Source: Aquaticitalea sp.
GTDB lineage: Bacteria > Bacteroidota > Bacteroidia > Flavobacteriales > Flavobacteriaceae
Assembly (NCBI GenBank): GCA_041751535.1
Contig: JBGSXJ010000083.1
Coordinates: forward strand, 1-61,679
Length of the DNA stretch: 61,679 nt
Direction: 5' to 3'
Shown piece by piece: positions 51,271 to 61,600 of this stretch (position 1 is its first letter; each line of letters opens with the position of its first letter). Below the pieces are notes generated by a model. That model had not been told where the DNA came from. It saw nothing but the letters and a program-made list of their open reading frames with translations, and searched no databases. The position numbers and the translations under genes were made by a program.

Positions 51271-54200
51271 ATGAAATTAAAGTTAACATGGTTAATGACG
51301 CTTATGATGGCGTTTGCGATACAAATTTCTTACGCACAGGAGAAATCTGTTTCAGGAACAATTACTTCGGCTACGGATGGTTTACCATTACCGGGAGTGA
51401 ATGTAATTGTTAAAGGTACTACTAGAGGAGTAATATCTGATTTTGATGGTAATTATACCATCAGTGCAAATACAGGAGAGACTTTGGTGTTCTCTTTTGT
51501 GAGTATGGTAAATGTCGAAAGAGTAATTGGTTCGAGTAATACCATTTCTGTTGCAATGACAGAGGACGTATCAACTTTAGATGAGGTCGTCGTACTCGCA
51601 TATGGGGACAAAGTGTCCAAAAAGAAATCAACGGCTTCTGTTGTACAGGTTTCAAGTGAATTTATTGAGAATAGACCAACGGTCAATATTCTTAACTCTC
51701 TGCAAGGTCAAGCGGCTGGTGTAAATATCGCCTCTGCCTCTGGTCAGCCAGGAACCAACAAAAATGATGTTTTTATTAGAGGGGTTTCTTCAATAGGTTC
51801 TTCTTCTGAACCATTATATGTTGTGGATGGTGTTCCTCTAGCACAGGGGTTTTTACGAAATTTTAACCAAAATGAAGTTGCTTCGGTGACCGTTCTTAAA
51901 GATGCTGCAGCTACTGCGATTTATGGGAATAGAGGTACAAATGGTGTTATATTGATAACAACAAAAACAGGAACTTTCAATGAGAGTTTTGCAGTTGGTT
52001 ATTCATCATCATATGGTGTTACCCAATTCATTGAAGACAACTATAATCTAGGATCTGCCAGAGATCAACTTAAAATCCAACAAAAGGGTTTTAATGAAGG
52101 CCTTGGTGTTTTGGCTTCTGCTTTTGGTGTCGATGGAACCTATTTTGACAATACACCGAATGAAATTACTTTAGATCCAAATAACCTAGATGCTTATGCT
52201 GTAGACACCGATTGGCAAGATGTTTTCTTTCGCCAGGGTATTACACAATCTCATGACATAAGTATGACAATTGGAGGTAAGAAGTTTACTAATTTTACCA
52301 ACTTGGGTTATTTTAACCAAGAGGGTATTGCTCCTACTACAGGATTTCAAAGATTTACATTAAGAAATAATTTCAATGGAAAGAGTGTAAACGAAAAATT
52401 CAATTATGGTGTTAAACTGTTTGCGGCGTTTTCAAATAGAAATCAGCTAGAGCAAGAGACTAGAGGTGGTATTGATAACAACGTATTACAAAATCCACTG
52501 ACTGGTTATCTTACTTCATCAAGGTTTTTGCCAGTTGGTTTGTATGAGAATGGTGCACAATTGTTGGCAGACTTTGGAAACCCAAGTTTGACACTTATCC
52601 CATATATGTTACTCGATCTTTATCAAAGGAACAGTCAATCAAATCGTTTTCAGGAATTTAAAACCTTATTGACATTTGATGCGTCATATAATATTACTGA
52701 CGACTTAACAATTGGTATGACTACTTCAGGTGATTTTACAGATGATAATCGTAATTTTGCTATAGGACCTGATGCTTATTTATCAGTTGTACGTGCTTCA
52801 GGAGCTGGTCAAGCTTTTCATGGTTTAGAAAGTATTACCAATAATAGAGTGTTTACATTTAATCACATTAATAAGTTGACTTACAGCAAGACGCTTGCAG
52901 ATAAGCATAACGTTCAGGTAAGCTTATTTACTGAATATTTGAAAGCGAATTTCAGGCAAAATTTTCAACAACAAATCGGACTTAACCCACTAACTTGGGC
53001 TCCTGGTGCAGGTACTGGTTATATTACATATAATCCAGCAACACAGCCGGTGAGTTATAGGCCTACAGTCACGGCAAATAAAATAGATGCAGGTTTGTTT
53101 TCTTATTTTGCTCTAGCGGATTATGATTATAATTCTAGATTTGGTCTCTCTGCTTCGATCAGACGAGATGCTTCTTACAGATTCATTGAGGACAATCGTT
53201 GGGGTACCTTCTGGTCGGTATCTGGTCGTTGGAATATCGATCAGGAGAATTTTCTAGCTGACAGTGATGTAATTAGCGGGCTTAAATTAAGAGCATCTTA
53301 TGGTACGACTGGAAATCAAAATGTTGTTGGGCGAAATGTGGATTCTGCTGTATCCGAGATTTTTCTTGGATCTCAGTTGACACGAGATTTAAATGTGTCT
53401 TCTACAGGTGTTAACAACTCGGCTTCCTTTTCAGTATCTTCTATTGGTAATCCTGACCTAGTATGGGAAACTACTGGGCAATTTAACGTAGGTATTGATT
53501 TTGGATTATTTAATAATAGATTTACTGGAGCAGTGGATTATTACAATAGATTGACTACAGATCTTTATCAAGCAGTTCCTGTCTCCTTTGCTACTGGTAT
53601 TTCTAATATCAATGCAAATGACGGAGGTCTTCGAAATTCAGGTTATGAATTCCAAGGTAGATTGGCTGTTTTAAGAGAAGGAGACTTTAAGTTCAATGTA
53701 TTTGCAAATTTCTCTTACAACGAAGATAAATTCACTGCGTTAGGTGCTGCAGATTCTGATGGCGATGGTTCATTGAGAATTGGTTCAAATGTTATAAGAA
53801 ATGTTGGTGGTCAAATTACTGAATATTTCTTGGTTCCTTATGCTGGAGTAAATCCTGCGAACGGAAACCTGTTGTTTGAAGATATCAACGGTAATTTAAC
53901 TGAAGCTCCTACAGATGAAGATAGAAGAGCAACAGGAAAGTCACTTTTTCCAAAAATTCAGGGTGGTTTTGGTTTCGAGGCTCAATATAATGGGTTTTTC
54001 TTAAATACTCTTTTGGTTTACTCTGTCGATCAATGGAGATTTGATACAAACTATGAATTTGCGATGGATGCAAGAAATGCTGCTGATTTCCCAATGTCTA
54101 ACGATTTGTTCGATGCTTGGACTCCTGATAATAGACTTACCGATGTTCCAGCGCTTGCAGCAACCAATATCGATTCTCAAGGTTTATCAGATCGTTTTCT

Positions 54201-54432
54201 TTCTGATGCATCTTTCTTACGAGTTAGAAACATTACTTTAGGCTATAGTTTACCGAGTAAATTTCTTGACAATGTTTTCATTGATCAATTAACCGTAAGA
54301 GCATCTGCTGAAAATTACTTTACATTTACTAAATGGAGAGGTTTAGACCCTGAGCGTATAGTTGGTGCTGAAGGAACTGGATTTTTTCCAAATCCTAAAA
54401 TAGTTACTATAGGTTTTGATGTTAAATTTTAA
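51271..54432 (+). CDS. SusC/RagA family TonB-dependent outer-membrane receptor
   Basis: Start moved to MKLKLTW; PLPGVNV, LDEVVV..YG, PLYVVDG, VLKDAAATAIYG.RG.NGVILITTK, LK.RASYG.TGNQ, NPDL.WE, DASF.R.RN.TLGY, terminal F. Confidence 0.96.
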   Translation: MKLKLTWLMTLMMAFAIQISYAQEKSVSGTITSATDGLPLPGVNVIVKGTTRGVISDFDGNYTISANTGETLVFSFVSMVNVERVIGSSNTISVAMTEDVSTLDEVVVLAYGDKVSKKKSTASVVQVSSEFIENRPTVNILNSLQGQAAGVNIASASGQPGTNKNDVFIRGVSSIGSSSEPLYVVDGVPLAQGFLRNFNQNEVASVTVLKDAAATAIYGNRGTNGVILITTKTGTFNESFAVGYSSSYGVTQFIEDNYNLGSARDQLKIQQKGFNEGLGVLASAFGVDGTYFDNTPNEITLDPNNLDAYAVDTDWQDVFFRQGITQSHDISMTIGGKKFTNFTNLGYFNQEGIAPTTGFQRFTLRNNFNGKSVNEKFNYGVKLFAAFSNRNQLEQETRGGIDNNVLQNPLTGYLTSSRFLPVGLYENGAQLLADFGNPSLTLIPYMLLDLYQRNSQSNRFQEFKTLLTFDASYNITDDLTIGMTTSGDFTDDNRNFAIGPDAYLSVVRASGAGQAFHGLESITNNRVFTFNHINKLTYSKTLADKHNVQVSLFTEYLKANFRQNFQQQIGLNPLTWAPGAGTGYITYNPATQPVSYRPTVTANKIDAGLFSYFALADYDYNSRFGLSASIRRDASYRFIEDNRWGTFWSVSGRWNIDQENFLADSDVISGLKLRASYGTTGNQNVVGRNVDSAVSEIFLGSQLTRDLNVSSTGVNNSASFSVSSIGNPDLVWETTGQFNVGIDFGLFNNRFTGAVDYYNRLTTDLYQAVPVSFATGISNINANDGGLRNSGYEFQGRLAVLREGDFKFNVFANFSYNEDKFTALGAADSDGDGSLRIGSNVIRNVGGQITEYFLVPYAGVNPANGNLLFEDINGNLTEAPTDEDRRATGKSLFPKIQGGFGFEAQYNGFFLNTLLVYSVDQWRFDTNYEFAMDARNAADFPMSNDLFDAWTPDNRLTDVPALAATNIDSQGLSDRFLSDASFLRVRNITLGYSLPSKFLDNVFIDQLTVRASAENYFTFTKWRGLDPERIVGAEGTGFFPNPKIVTIGFDVKF

Positions 54433-54445
54433 ATAAAAAAAATAT

Positions 54446-56089
54446 ATGAAAAAATTATTAATTTTATGTTCAATTATGTTTGTTGCATTTTCGTGTGATG
54501 ATGCAATAGATATAATACAAGATGGTGAACTTAACGATGCAGCATTGTTTGTTTCTGTTGAAAATATGCAGTTGGTTCTCAATGAGGTTTATGACCGAAT
54601 GAACACCGTCAATGAATCGTTGGTAAGTTCTCAACTTACTGATGAGGTTGCACTTGGTGATGCTGGTTTTCCTGGCAATACTCATAGTTTTCAAGTATTC
54701 TCTACAAATGGCTTCGCTGAAGCTATTTGGTCACAGAAGTATTTTGCAATTGATAGGGCTAATAGGCTAATTAGAGGAGCAGGTCTTTTTACCCCTCCTG
54801 AAGCAGATTTGGCTAAATACAATAATATCTTAGCGCAGGCTAGGGCAATTAGAGCATTTTGTCACTTTCAGTTATTGGTGTATTATTCACCAGACATCAC
54901 TAATTCCGGTGGACTTGGTGTCATGGTATCTGACGCGGTTCAAGGAGTACAGGTAGATTTACCTAGATCTACTGTTGGTGAGGTGGTGAGCTTTATCGAA
55001 GGTGATTTGGCTTTCGCCGAAGCTAATTTGACAACTCCTACTACTGGAGCACAAAGTTGGTATGTTTTCAATAAAAATGTCATTGATGCCCTAAGAGCAC
55101 GTATGTATCTTTATTTGGAAAATTATCCACTAGCTGAGCAATATGCTAACAATTTAATAAATAGTTCTGGGATCAGTTTGGCAACTAGTTTAAGTCCATT
55201 GCCAGCTAATTTTCCTGCTACAACGTCTGTGACTTCACATATTGGAGCACCTGGTTCTACTTCATTTGACGCGCCTCCACCTGCTTCAAGTACAATCCAA
55301 TTTGCACTTTACCAAATGGATCGTTCGGCTGCTGGCTTTCCTATAGCGCCACCTTATAGATTAATGTGGATTGATGCAATTCAAGGAGAGATGATTTTCT
55401 CTATGCCTAGACCTAATAATAGCAACAGTTTTTCAAGTGTTTATAATACCAATCAATCTTATACTGGTGGTGCACCTCTATGGGATATGGGACGTAATCT
55501 ATATGATTTGTTTACTGAACCGTTGGGTGGTGGAGCTCAAGATTTTAGACGTTGGAGTTTTGTAGATCGTTCAGCTACAATATCTAGCGATCCTTTAAAC
55601 GCCACTCGTGGATCTGAAGTTATTGTTATTGACAAATATCCAGGTAAACCAGGAGGACATAGTGCAAACGACGTAAAAGTATTTAGAATGTCTGAAATGT
55701 TTTTTATAAAAGCTGAATGTCGCGTACAGGCTGGTGATTTAGCTGGTGCTGCAGAGTTGATTAGATCGGTTAGACAAGCTAGAAATTATATTGCTGGTGC
55801 GACTGTTCCTTTACCAACCTATGCAAATCCTCAATCAGCTTATAGTGATATATTGAAAGAGCGTTATAAAGAACTTTGTTTTGAAGGTCACAGATATATC
55901 GATTTAAAGCGAATAGGTACTAATGCCGGAGTTACGGAAACAAACAGATTTATTGCTGATTCAGAAAATTCGTCTGCAACTAATCCACTTAATATCTCTG
56001 TAAATGATTTTAGGTTTACGCTGCCTATTCCACAGGCCGAATTGAATGTGAACTCAAATATGGTTCAGAACCCAGGTGAAACTTATTAA
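54446..56089 (+). CDS. SusD/RagB family nutrient-binding lipoprotein
   Basis: Lipobox FSC; I.RAN, A.A.RAF.HF.L, AL.ARMYLY, FR.SEM..IKAE, ER.KEL.FEGHR..DL.R, LPIP..E...N....QNPG. Confidence 0.95.
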   Translation: MKKLLILCSIMFVAFSCDDAIDIIQDGELNDAALFVSVENMQLVLNEVYDRMNTVNESLVSSQLTDEVALGDAGFPGNTHSFQVFSTNGFAEAIWSQKYFAIDRANRLIRGAGLFTPPEADLAKYNNILAQARAIRAFCHFQLLVYYSPDITNSGGLGVMVSDAVQGVQVDLPRSTVGEVVSFIEGDLAFAEANLTTPTTGAQSWYVFNKNVIDALRARMYLYLENYPLAEQYANNLINSSGISLATSLSPLPANFPATTSVTSHIGAPGSTSFDAPPPASSTIQFALYQMDRSAAGFPIAPPYRLMWIDAIQGEMIFSMPRPNNSNSFSSVYNTNQSYTGGAPLWDMGRNLYDLFTEPLGGGAQDFRRWSFVDRSATISSDPLNATRGSEVIVIDKYPGKPGGHSANDVKVFRMSEMFFIKAECRVQAGDLAGAAELIRSVRQARNYIAGATVPLPTYANPQSAYSDILKERYKELCFEGHRYIDLKRIGTNAGVTETNRFIADSENSSATNPLNISVNDFRFTLPIPQAELNVNSNMVQNPGETY

Positions 56090-56099
56090 TATAAAATAT

Positions 56100-56885
56100 A
56101 TGAAAAACTTATTTAAATATGTATGCATGCTATCACTATTTGCTATTGTAGCAAGTTGTGATTCAGATGACAATGATGTTCGCTTTGAAAATGTGGATTT
56201 TGTCCAATTAAGTGATACTTCACCAGTGACTATTGTTGAAAATAGCGGTGAATCGGTAGAACTTGTGGTTGTACTTGGTAGTCCTAGATCAGAAGCTGTA
56301 ACGGTATCTTTTCAAGTTGAGGGTGATGCCTCTAGATTTCAGTTTTCTCCCGCCGGAGGATCAGTAACCATTCCTGCTGGTCAGTCTAGCGCTACGGTTG
56401 AATTTATACCTATTGACAATGACGATATTGATGGTGATGCAGTGATTACCCTCACATTGACAGCTAATGCGGGAATTGCAGTAGGAATAGGGGGTTCTCC
56501 TGCTAATGGAACCACCAAAGTAATAACTATTGTAGATGATAACATTCCTTGCAATGCTGCCGTATTAACCGTAACTACAGATGCTTTCCCAGAGGAAACA
56601 ACTTGGAGGGTCACTAATAGTGCGGGTGCCATAGTCGCTTCAGGAGGAGAAACTTATGGCCCGCCTAGTTCTGCTGCAAGTAGAGGTGTTGTGTATACCC
56701 ACAATATTACTTTAGAAGATGGTTGTTATACATTCACAATTTTTGATTCATATGGTGACGGCCTTAGTGATGGTGTATTTGTTGGCGGTTACTCATTTGT
56801 TTGTGGCAGTATAGTTTATGCACAAGGATCTGGTTCATTTAGTAACGGAACCTTTGAAGCAACAGATTTTTGCGTCAACCAATAA
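56100..56885 (+). CDS. Sus-associated surface lipoprotein with Calx-beta-like and small beta-sandwich domains
   Basis: Start moved to MKNLFKY; lipobox ASC; VTIPAG....D....D..ITLTL..TIVDD; TD.FPEETTW and GCYTFTI.DSYGDG. Confidence 0.82.
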   Translation: MKNLFKYVCMLSLFAIVASCDSDDNDVRFENVDFVQLSDTSPVTIVENSGESVELVVVLGSPRSEAVTVSFQVEGDASRFQFSPAGGSVTIPAGQSSATVEFIPIDNDDIDGDAVITLTLTANAGIAVGIGGSPANGTTKVITIVDDNIPCNAAVLTVTTDAFPEETTWRVTNSAGAIVASGGETYGPPSSAASRGVVYTHNITLEDGCYTFTIFDSYGDGLSDGVFVGGYSFVCGSIVYAQGSGSFSNGTFEATDFCVNQ

Positions 56886-56911
56886 AGTTTAAAACTTTTA
56901 TTTATTAATAT

Positions 56912-56944
56912 AAATAGGCTGTCTTATTGGCAGCCTATTTTTTT
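56912..56944 (+). terminator. Terminator of the sus operon
   Basis: AAATAGGCTGTC/GGCAGCCTATTT followed by a T run. Confidence 0.85.
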
Positions 56945-56957
56945 AAAAATTGCTATC

Positions 56958-58886
56958 ATGAAAAAGATTTACATTTTTATTATTTTTATCATTACTCTAC
57001 ACATAAGTGCTCAAACACCAAGAGATCCTAAGTCCCTAACAGAAAATGAATTAAACCTTTATGATTACATGCTTGTTCAGGACAATATAAGGGAGACAAG
57101 AGTGAAGATTTATTTGAGCAATAATCCAGAAGAGAAAAAAATCGTCGTTAAAGACGATGTGGTATATGTTTTATATGACATTATTAATGGTAATCCCATA
57201 TATAGAACGTTAGATAATCAGACTGCGAGTAGAGCAACTAAAACTAATACGCTACAACCAGGAGGTTCATTAGGTTTAAATTTGAAGGGTACAAATATGT
57301 TTGTGGCAGTATGGGACGGTGGTCCAGTTCAGTTTGATCATGTAGAATTTTTAAATCCTCAAAATATTCCGAACAGAGTCTCTAATTTTGAATTTACTAA
57401 CACGGATGGAACTTCTAATTTAAGTAATCATGCAAATCATGTAATTGGTACAATCGCTGCAAGAGGTGTATTGCCAGAGGCAAGAGGCATGGCTACAGAC
57501 GTCAATATAATTAACTATAATTTTAATAACGATAATCCAGAAATGGTGGCAGTTCAGAATTCATTTGTAGATATTAACCTGTCAAACCATTCTTACGGAG
57601 TACCAGTTATAGGAACGAATGGACCCCTACCTTCTTGGATTATGGGTGCATACACTCAAGATGCTAGGAACATCGATCAAATTGCAGCAACCTATCCTTT
57701 TTATTTAATTGTGTCTAGTGCCGGAAACTCAGGAAATTCACAATATTCAGGTGGACTATTTCCTGGATTTGACAAATTAACTTATGATAAGGTGGCAAAA
57801 AACAATTTAGTAGTTGCCAATGCCAACGCTTTCTTTAATGGGTCAAATCAATTGAGTTATCCTATAAACAGCAGCAGCAGCCAAGGGCCTACCGATGACT
57901 TAAGGATAAAACCAGATATTGCTGGGGACGGCACAAATTTAACATCTCCAGTAACAAATAGTGCATATGATACTTATTCTGGAACTTCTATGTCTGCTCC
58001 AAATTTAACGGGATCATTACTATTACTGCAAGAATATTACAATCAAGTTAATGGCAACTTCATGAAAGCGGCTACTTTAAAAGCATTGGTTTGTCACACA
58101 GCTTTAGATGACGTGCAATTTTTTGGACCAGATCCATATTTTGGTTGGGGTTTGTTGGATTCAGAATTTGCAGCTCAAACTATTTTTAAATCAAGCATTG
58201 GAACAGCAACTATTGAGGAGCGAACATTAAATAATGGGGATAATTATTCATTTACCTTTAGCGCAAGTTCTGGTGGTAAAATTTCTGCAACAATTTGTTG
58301 GACAGATGTTCCTGGTATAGCTGTTAATAATGATCTAAATAACAACCAACCAAGATTGATCAATGATTTAGACATTCGTATCACTAAAGATGATACTACA
58401 TTTATGCCGTGGTTTCTGATTCTTGACCAAACATTCGGTTTTATGGCTAGTAAGGGTGATAATTTCAGAGATAATGTTGAGAAAATTGATATTGAAGTTC
58501 CCACTGCAGGGGTTTACACCGTAACAATTAGCCATAAAGGGAATCTTCAATCATTTAATACTGGAAATCAAAGCCAAGATTACTCTTTGATATTAACAGG
58601 CGACAATTTGACATTAAGTACAACTGATCTATCAACCCTTGATGTTAGAATTTGGCCAAATCCTTCTAACGGAATCTTGAATGTTAAATTTATTCCAGTT
58701 GGAGACACAACTAAAATCAACCTTTTTGACATGCAAGGTAGAGAGGTTTACAGCAAAAGAGTTGATTCTAATTCAAGTAACTTCAATTATAGTATTAATA
58801 CTTCAGAATTTGCAGAAGGAATATATTTATTAAAAATAGAAAATGGAAATATCCAGCATAATGAGAAAATTATTCTAAAAAAATAA
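56958..58886 (+). CDS. S8 subtilisin-like serine peptidase with T9SS type A sorting domain
   Basis: Catalytic VWDGG, HANHV.GT, SAGN, GTSMS; IKPDI; CTD IWPNP...G.Y.L.I....K...K. Confidence 0.93.
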   Translation: MKKIYIFIIFIITLHISAQTPRDPKSLTENELNLYDYMLVQDNIRETRVKIYLSNNPEEKKIVVKDDVVYVLYDIINGNPIYRTLDNQTASRATKTNTLQPGGSLGLNLKGTNMFVAVWDGGPVQFDHVEFLNPQNIPNRVSNFEFTNTDGTSNLSNHANHVIGTIAARGVLPEARGMATDVNIINYNFNNDNPEMVAVQNSFVDINLSNHSYGVPVIGTNGPLPSWIMGAYTQDARNIDQIAATYPFYLIVSSAGNSGNSQYSGGLFPGFDKLTYDKVAKNNLVVANANAFFNGSNQLSYPINSSSSQGPTDDLRIKPDIAGDGTNLTSPVTNSAYDTYSGTSMSAPNLTGSLLLLQEYYNQVNGNFMKAATLKALVCHTALDDVQFFGPDPYFGWGLLDSEFAAQTIFKSSIGTATIEERTLNNGDNYSFTFSASSGGKISATICWTDVPGIAVNNDLNNNQPRLINDLDIRITKDDTTFMPWFLILDQTFGFMASKGDNFRDNVEKIDIEVPTAGVYTVTISHKGNLQSFNTGNQSQDYSLILTGDNLTLSTTDLSTLDVRIWPNPSNGILNVKFIPVGDTTKINLFDMQGREVYSKRVDSNSSNFNYSINTSEFAEGIYLLKIENGNIQHNEKIILKK

Positions 58887-58978
58887 TTTCATTTTATACA
58901 TTAAATTAGTTCTGATTTATGTCTTGTTTGTAATTATTTACTCAATTTTAATTTGTAGCATGCTATTTTTTATGTAAT

Positions 58979-59083
58979 ATGACAATTACTGCGTCTTCTT
59001 ATAGTTAGGAAACTTATATAATTACAACTAGTGGTACAGTGGGCAATTTTGGTGTATATCAATTCACATTGACAAAACAGTAA
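58979..59083 (+). pseudogene. Possible 3' remnant of a lost surface-protein gene
   Basis: MTITASSYS*ETYIITTSGTVGNFGVYQFTLTKQ*, with one internal stop, followed by an otherwise orphan terminator. Confidence 0.35.
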
Positions 59084-59122
59084 TAATTCGGTATTTGTTA
59101 ATTAACTATTTAAATGTATCAT

Positions 59123-59153
59123 AAAAACCAGAGATTTTTGTCTCTGGTTTTTT
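59123..59153 (+). terminator. Terminator
   Basis: AAAAACCAGAGA/TCTCTGGTTTTT perfect inverted repeat. Confidence 0.75.
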
Positions 59154-59407
59154 ATTTATTGTAGAATGAAATTTTAGTTTTCTGTTATTGGAGCTTTTGA
59201 CTCCAATAAATCCTAATTAACTGATCACGAAAATTGGTGTAATTTAACTATTTAGCCTAAATTCTGTTTCACTTCCTGACAATTAATGTTTTGCAGTCTA
59301 ATTTGTAACTTCATTATTTTTAAATTTTTTGCCTCAAATTTGTAAATAAATACTTGGTGCAAAATAATACCGTTATAAATATTTACTTTTGTTGAATACA
59401 AGATTTT

Positions 59408-61369
59408 ATGGGTAGATTTATTTTCATTTTTTTAATGTTGTTTTGTGTTCAAAATTTAAGCTCTCAAATAAGAAAGCCATTAAAAGAGGATATTAATGGG
59501 CAAGGTAGTAATGCTATTTCTACAGATTCATCACGAAGAACGTCTAACAATAGTATAAAAGATGAAAAAGCCACAATAGACCTCTACAAAATTATCTCAT
59601 TTAAAAAAGACACAACCATTGTAGATACTACGCTTTCCATCCAGAAGGAATACAAGTATAATTATTTAAGAAAAGATAATTTTGAGCTAATTGCGTTTTC
59701 AAATATTGGTCAAACTTATAATTCGTTAAGCACTGATTTTCAAAACACCGAAACTACACCTCAATTTGGCGCAAGGGCAAAGCATTTTAATTATATGGAG
59801 ATAGAGGATATCAATTACTATCATGTACCAACTCCATTAACAGAGCTGTTGTACAAAACAGCCTTCGAACAAGGACAATTGCTCGACGCTTTTTTTACAA
59901 CCAATGTTTCCAAACAATTCAATTTCTCCATCGCCTATAAAGGATTGCGATCTCTGGGTAAATACCAGCACATTCTTTCAAGTACAGGGAATTTTAGATT
60001 TACCTCTAATTATATAACCAAGAATAAAAGATATCAGGCTCGCGCGCAAATTGTCATGCAAGACATATTAAACCAAGAGAATGGTGGTCTGACTGATGAA
60101 GGAGTGGCAAATTTTGAATTGGGTGAGGAGGAATTTATGGATCGGTCGGTATTTGCACCTAATTTTGAAAATGCCGAGAACATACTAAAAGGAAAACGCT
60201 TTCACTTAGAACACCAATACGATATTTTTCGTCAGATGGATTCACTCACACATAATCGCTTGAGTGTCGGTAATGTAATTTCTTTTGAAGATAAGTATTA
60301 TCAGTTCGTTCAAACTGCTCAATCTGATTATTTTGGAGAGGCATTTCGGCAAAGTAATTTAAAAGATCGGGTCACGCTTGAAGATTTTTATAATAGATTC
60401 TTTCTTAATTATAAAAATAAGACCCTGGGTGAGGTTGCCTTCAATGCAGATTATAGAAATTATAATTACGGATACAACTCATTGGTTATTTTAGATAATC
60501 AAACCATAATCAATAGATTAAAGGGGGATATCATTACCCTTGGCGGAATGTACAAGAATAAAATAGGACAGTTTGATGTCCAAGGCGAGTTAGGAGTCAA
60601 CATAGCCGGTGATTTTGAAGGAAACTTTTTGAACGCCGAAGCCTCATACAGATTCACAGAAGACATTTCGTTTGAAGGGGCTTTCAATACAAGTTCAAGG
60701 GCTCCAAATTATAATTGGCTCCTATATCAAAGCGATTATACCAACTATAATTGGGATAACAGCCAAAATTATGACAATGTCAATACCCAACAACTGGCTT
60801 TTACCTTAAGTTCGCAAAAGTTGGCAAATGTGTCTTTTGATTATAACACTGTTACTAATTACACCTACTTTGCCAAAGATGATGCCAACAATGTAAAACC
60901 CTTTCAAAGTGCAGGAACCATTAATTACTTGAGGCTCAAATTAAATAGGGAGATTACCTATGGCAAATTTGCATTGGATAATACCATCATGTATCAAAAT
61001 GTCTTAAATGGAGATGATATTTTAAATGTTCCGCAGATCCTTACTAGAAACACCTTATATTTTTCAGATCACCTATTCAAAAAGGCTTTGTTTTTGCAAA
61101 CCGGCATTACCTTCAACTACTTCACAACATATAACATGAACGCCTACGATCCGCTATTGGCAGAATTCTATGTTCAGAACCAAACCGAACTGGGAGGATT
61201 CCCGAGATTGGACTTTTTCCTTAACGCCAAAATAAGGCAGACTCGCATCTATCTAAAAGCAGAGCATTTCAATTCGGCCTTTACAGGATATAATTATTAT
61301 TCTGCTCCAAACTATCCTTATAGAGATTTTGCAGTACGCTTTGGCCTTGTTTGGAATTTCTTTTTATAG
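59408..61369 (+). CDS. Putative porin (Bacteroidota Porin_10-like outer-membrane protein)
   Basis: Signal peptide; DTTL.I.K.Y, N.GQ.Y, YY..PTP.TEL, Y.GLRS.G.Y, beta strands, ends PNYP.RD...RFG..WNFF. Confidence 0.85.
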   Translation: MGRFIFIFLMLFCVQNLSSQIRKPLKEDINGQGSNAISTDSSRRTSNNSIKDEKATIDLYKIISFKKDTTIVDTTLSIQKEYKYNYLRKDNFELIAFSNIGQTYNSLSTDFQNTETTPQFGARAKHFNYMEIEDINYYHVPTPLTELLYKTAFEQGQLLDAFFTTNVSKQFNFSIAYKGLRSLGKYQHILSSTGNFRFTSNYITKNKRYQARAQIVMQDILNQENGGLTDEGVANFELGEEEFMDRSVFAPNFENAENILKGKRFHLEHQYDIFRQMDSLTHNRLSVGNVISFEDKYYQFVQTAQSDYFGEAFRQSNLKDRVTLEDFYNRFFLNYKNKTLGEVAFNADYRNYNYGYNSLVILDNQTIINRLKGDIITLGGMYKNKIGQFDVQGELGVNIAGDFEGNFLNAEASYRFTEDISFEGAFNTSSRAPNYNWLLYQSDYTNYNWDNSQNYDNVNTQQLAFTLSSQKLANVSFDYNTVTNYTYFAKDDANNVKPFQSAGTINYLRLKLNREITYGKFALDNTIMYQNVLNGDDILNVPQILTRNTLYFSDHLFKKALFLQTGITFNYFTTYNMNAYDPLLAEFYVQNQTELGGFPRLDFFLNAKIRQTRIYLKAEHFNSAFTGYNYYSAPNYPYRDFAVRFGLVWNFFL

Positions 61370-61567
61370 TCAGTCTTTTATTTAATGAATGTTTTCGGTT
61401 GTTTACCGATGTTGGCTTTGTGGTTTCTCATGGCTGTCTTTTATTAGTTCGGGCGTTCTTCGGCGACCTCAAGTTCCCTTTACCTTGGCATTACTTGAGG
61501 TTTGGGGTTGTGCAACCCCCTCACAATCAACTCCAGATAAAAAAGGCAAAAAAAAGGCATAAAAAGT

Positions 61568-61600
61568 TTTGGTACGGAGAAAAAAAGGGTTGTATATTTG
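61568..61600 (+). promoter_or_regulatory. Strong consensus promoter, probably of an rRNA (or tRNA) operon beyond the window
   Basis: TTTG (61568-61571) plus TATATTTG (61593-61600), followed by CAGCCGC, with A-tracts upstream and a non-coding leader downstream; same architecture as the tRNA-Phe promoter. Confidence 0.75.
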
